DNA of 39,437 nt from Bdellovibrionota bacterium (GTDB lineage Bacteria > Bdellovibrionota_C > UBA2361 > OMIW01), in contig JBIJBT010000016.1 of the NCBI GenBank assembly GCA_044345055.1, positions 1 through 39,437 of the forward strand, written 5' to 3'. Every line of letters begins with the position of its first letter. Within the stretch, counting starts at the first letter, position 1. Shown piece by piece: positions 36,770-39,437 of the stretch. Both the position numbers and the translations under genes were made by a program. Under the pieces are notes generated by a model. That model was not told the DNA's origin. It made no database searches and was given only the letters and a program-made list of their open reading frames with translations.

Positions 36770-37528
36770 TTATCTCATCTTACTGAGCTGTGTAATCGCC
36801 TCTGAGTTCATCTGGTCGATCGATTGGGCCATTTTAGTGTAAGCCTCAAATCCGCGGTGAGCAGCGATAAGCTCGACCATTCCCGAGACAACTGAGATAT
36901 TGGAGCCCTCAAGACTCTCAGTCATAAGATCCGGCTCAACAGGAGTAGTCGAGCCCTTTGCTGATAGAGCAAATCGAGCCGATCCCTCTGGTGTTAACTC
37001 TTTAAGATCGTTTACCGCGACAACTTGTATCGCTCCAACAATTACGCCGCCAGAAGTTACCTGACCAGAGGGCGATATTGAGGTATCTGCCCCCGTGGTT
37101 ACAATCGGGCCTCCATCTCCAACGAGCTCATATCCATCCGGCGTTACTATTCGACCATCGGCCGCAAGGGTAAAATCTCCCGCTCGGGTATACCTAACAC
37201 CATTGGGTGTATTTATCGAAAAAAATTGATTATTGCCTCGTAATGCGACATTTAGTGGATTTCCCGTTCGAGAAATTGAGCCGGGACTAAAATCTGTTTG
37301 ACTATCGATGTGAGATACGGGTGTTGTTCTTTCTTGATCACCAGCCGCGAAGGGGTCGGATTCGGTTACGGTTGCAGCAAAGGTTTCTGCGAATGACTGA
37401 GTTTCACCCGACAATATCTGTTTCTTGAATCCGCTTGTTGAGACGTTCGCGAGATTATTAGCAACTGTGTCGAGCCTCCGTATCTGATAGAGACCGCCGG
37501 AGGCTGCTATGTATGTTCCTCTATCCAT
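36770..37528 (-). CDS. flgF: Proximal rod protein FlgF
   Basis: ANNLANVSTSGFK, TGNPLNVAL, YTRAGDF and LEGSN motifs; precedes flgG. Confidence 0.9.
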   Translation of the reverse strand: MDRGTYIAASGGLYQIRRLDTVANNLANVSTSGFKKQILSGETQSFAETFAATVTESDPFAAGDQERTTPVSHIDSQTDFSPGSISRTGNPLNVALRGNNQFFSINTPNGVRYTRAGDFTLAADGRIVTPDGYELVGDGGPIVTTGADTSISPSGQVTSGGVIVGAIQVVAVNDLKELTPEGSARFALSAKGSTTPVEPDLMTESLEGSNISVVSGMVELIAAHRGFEAYTKMAQSIDQMNSEAITQLSKMR

Positions 37529-37591
37529 GTCGTATGCGCTGATCGATTATGTGTATGTCGTTAATTCGGCCTGTTATAGGTGATTTAAACT

Positions 37592-38602
37592 TTAACGCCG
37601 AGAGCCTCCAAGAACCCCCAAGCGCGGATCAACAGCCACGCGCTTAACTGGGGCGCGCGTTGGTGCCATACGTTTTTCTCCCTGTTTTTGTCGCACCGCC
37701 ATTAGCAACTGCACTTGCTCTGGCGCAAGATTACTTCTTGCGACTACTTCATCGACTGACAATCCGTGTTGAATCATCTCCTGCGCCTGGATTAACTGTT
37801 CGCGTGTTACACGTGGGATTCCTGGCAACTTCTCACTTGTTACTTTGCGATGAATTGAATCGGGTCGTGACGATGATTGGCTAAAATCGGAAGCTGGAGC
37901 AGATTGTGTCAAACGATCGCTCATCGGCGTGAAGGCCGGTTTTAGTGATTCCTGCTCGGATGATGGACGAGCAGGCGATTCGGCAAATTGAGATCTTGAT
38001 TGACGCTCGCCCATCTGAGCTGCCTCTTTTTCCCCAGCGCCGAATATATCCACATGTTCGGGAGCCTCGTACCAATCCGCTCCGCTCTGTTTTGCGGCAG
38101 CTATAATTCGTTCATGAATCGGCTCAGGTTTAATAGCTGAATTTGTAGGCGCCGCAAAAGCTTCTTGATGACTCTCGATCCGAGAAGGAATGCGGTCATC
38201 AGCAAATCCTCTTACCTGCTGCTCTCGGGTCTGGAAACGATTTAGTGCACCGTTAAGAGCATCAAGTCCCTTTTGAACCTTTACTATCGCAATATCAACA
38301 TTACCCCGAGTTTCTTCAGCTTTCGATTGAACTCGATGAACTCTCTTTTCACACGTTTCGAGATCAAAGAGAGTCTTTTCAAGATTCTCCTGACGCCGAA
38401 TCAGTTGATCATTTAGAGATTTTCCTGCCCCCTCAGCCTCTCTTATAAGGCTCCGAATAGTGCCCTCGAGTTCGCCTAATTGCCTTAATCCCCGCGGATT
38501 AGTCGGATTGCGAAGAACCCGATAGACAAAGAGCATTATTGAGCCCATAAGAGCGACATCTGCTCCTAAGGTCCACATCGCTATGCTTGATGGTGCGCTC
38601 AT
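37592..38602 (-). CDS. Flagella-associated membrane-anchored coiled-coil protein with a C-terminal DUF2802/SwrB-like HTH
   Basis: N-terminal TM, coiled coil, disordered linker, and AQEMIQHGLSVDEVVARSNLAPEQVQLL. GAGGTGG RBS favours ATG 38602. Confidence 0.6.
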   Translation of the reverse strand: MSAPSSIAMWTLGADVALMGSIMLFVYRVLRNPTNPRGLRQLGELEGTIRSLIREAEGAGKSLNDQLIRRQENLEKTLFDLETCEKRVHRVQSKAEETRGNVDIAIVKVQKGLDALNGALNRFQTREQQVRGFADDRIPSRIESHQEAFAAPTNSAIKPEPIHERIIAAAKQSGADWYEAPEHVDIFGAGEKEAAQMGERQSRSQFAESPARPSSEQESLKPAFTPMSDRLTQSAPASDFSQSSSRPDSIHRKVTSEKLPGIPRVTREQLIQAQEMIQHGLSVDEVVARSNLAPEQVQLLMAVRQKQGEKRMAPTRAPVKRVAVDPRLGVLGGSRR

Positions 38603-38838
38603 AAAGGTTTCCACCTCAGTCACTATTTCCCGCGCCTCTTCCGTGCTTCGGACGCAAGGCGCGGCTCCGGCAATATTGAAGTCCCGTCAAAAAACCGCCC
38701 TTGCCTTTTTCGAGACCCGTCAACTTGCTGTCACCACTCAGGGCAGCTATAGTTTTCCATTTAGACCGGAATTTGTGAGATTAGCTCTCGGTAAATGGCT
38801 AACTAGACAACGGTCGTCATCGCTATCCTCGGTAGGTA

Positions 38839-38855
38839 TTGCAAAGAGCTTGCCA
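38839..38855 (-). promoter_or_regulatory. Sigma54 promoter at the head of the flagellar operon
   Basis: Minus strand TGGCAAGCTCTTTGCAA, near-consensus TGGCAC-N5-TTGCA. Confidence 0.78.
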
Positions 38856-38899
38856 TAGTGAAATACCGCCTCCGAAAACTCACCAATTGGAGACTTCAA

Positions 38900-39437
38900 A
38901 TGGCATCTCAATCGAAGCTCGAGCCGCTAATAGGTGGAGATGTCTCGGATCTTCGACGCCATTTTCAGGAGATTTTTCGGGCCGTACAGGCAAACTATTG
39001 CGCTGCTCTTGAACAGTTAGAACCTGAGGCAACCTTTAAGTCCGATGAGTGGACAAGATCTGAGGAGAAGGTCATTAAAAAAGGGTTTGGTTTAACCCGC
39101 GTCCTTCGCGATGGTGCCGTCTTTGAACAAGCAGTGGTGGCTTTAAGTTCAGTAAGCGGCATTCTCCCGACAGCGTTAAGCGAAAAGCTCATCGGCGCAT
39201 CTGAGCCCGCACCATTTTGTGCCGATGGCGTTTCGTTAATCGTTCATCCGCGCTCCCCCATGGCACCGACAACCCATGCAAACGTTCGGCTCCTTACCGT
39301 CGGTGACAAAACCTGGTTTGGAGGAGGTGCCGATCTGACCCCTTACTATCTGTTCGAGGAGGATGCGATTGCCTTTCACCGCCGACTCTTCCAGCTCTGC
39401 GAAGAAACTCGTCCAGGCTGGTACCAAACTTTCAAGG
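38900..39437 (+). CDS. hemF: Oxygen-dependent coproporphyrinogen III oxidase, 5' part (runs off the window)
   Basis: Manual translation from ATG 38900 (GGAGA RBS): ...TRVLRDGAVFEQA...GVSLIVHPRSPMAPTTHANVR...WFGGGADLTPYY. Not in the ORF track. Confidence 0.92.
   Translation, partial: MASQSKLEPLIGGDVSDLRRHFQEIFRAVQANYCAALEQLEPEATFKSDEWTRSEEKVIKKGFGLTRVLRDGAVFEQAVVALSSVSGILPTALSEKLIGASEPAPFCADGVSLIVHPRSPMAPTTHANVRLLTVGDKTWFGGGADLTPYYLFEEDAIAFHRRLFQLCEETRPGWYQTFK

Noticed and set aside
37563..37591. TAAA...GCCGAATT upstream of flgF as a sigma28 promoter
   Set aside because: Spacing is 13 and the -10 match is weak.
38740..38810. c-di-GMP-I (GEMM) riboswitch in the flagellar leader
   Set aside because: Only ACAAA..CCGGUCUAA resembles it; the GGCAAAC/GNRA arm is missing.
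1..39437. CRISPR arrays, transposases, integrases, rRNA, and the many short overlapping ORFs in the track
   Set aside because: No repeat-spacer array or mobile-element gene seen. Most short ORFs are antisense or out-of-frame shadows of well-supported genes; the few intergenic ones have no recognisable motifs.

Overview
Bacterial chromosomal window. The flagellar gene order, sigma54 promoters, TonB-type protein and zinc-ribbon/DUF3426 protein suggest a deltaproteobacterial/Bdellovibrionota-like host (inference). 1-2950 is a probable island remnant off the 3' end of a tRNA-Asp: the C-terminus of a restriction endonuclease/helicase, an XRE antitoxin with a 5'-truncated RelE/HigB toxin remnant missing from the ORF track, a LysE exporter and a duplicated tRNA 3' end. 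3350-7620 is a wzx / O-antigen-ligase-like / secreted glycoside-hydrolase-like trio. Housekeeping genes follow (agmatinase, rpiA, scpAB, rlmB-like, tatA, TonB-like, rpmB), plus a split ABCC/MRP-like transporter pair, an orphan protein and a metallophosphoesterase whose frame is interrupted by one in-frame TGA. 24775-38602 (minus strand) is a flagellar cluster: SwrB/DUF2802-like, flgF, flgG, flgA, flgH, flgI, flgJ, flgM, DUF1189-like, flgN, flgK, flgL, csrA, fliW, then a STAS/RsbW-like/zinc-finger module. hemF begins at the right edge. The most notable unexplained signal is an RNA-level regulatory layer on the flagellar cluster: three sigma54 promoters, a 15-bp anti-RBS arm that would lock flgG only in read-through transcripts, a ~150-nt rod-shaped RNA behind the sigma54 promoter of flgN, a GGA-rich csrA leader, and a candidate sigma28 promoter driving the partner-switching module. 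All calls come from reading motifs by eye; no searches or folding programs were run.
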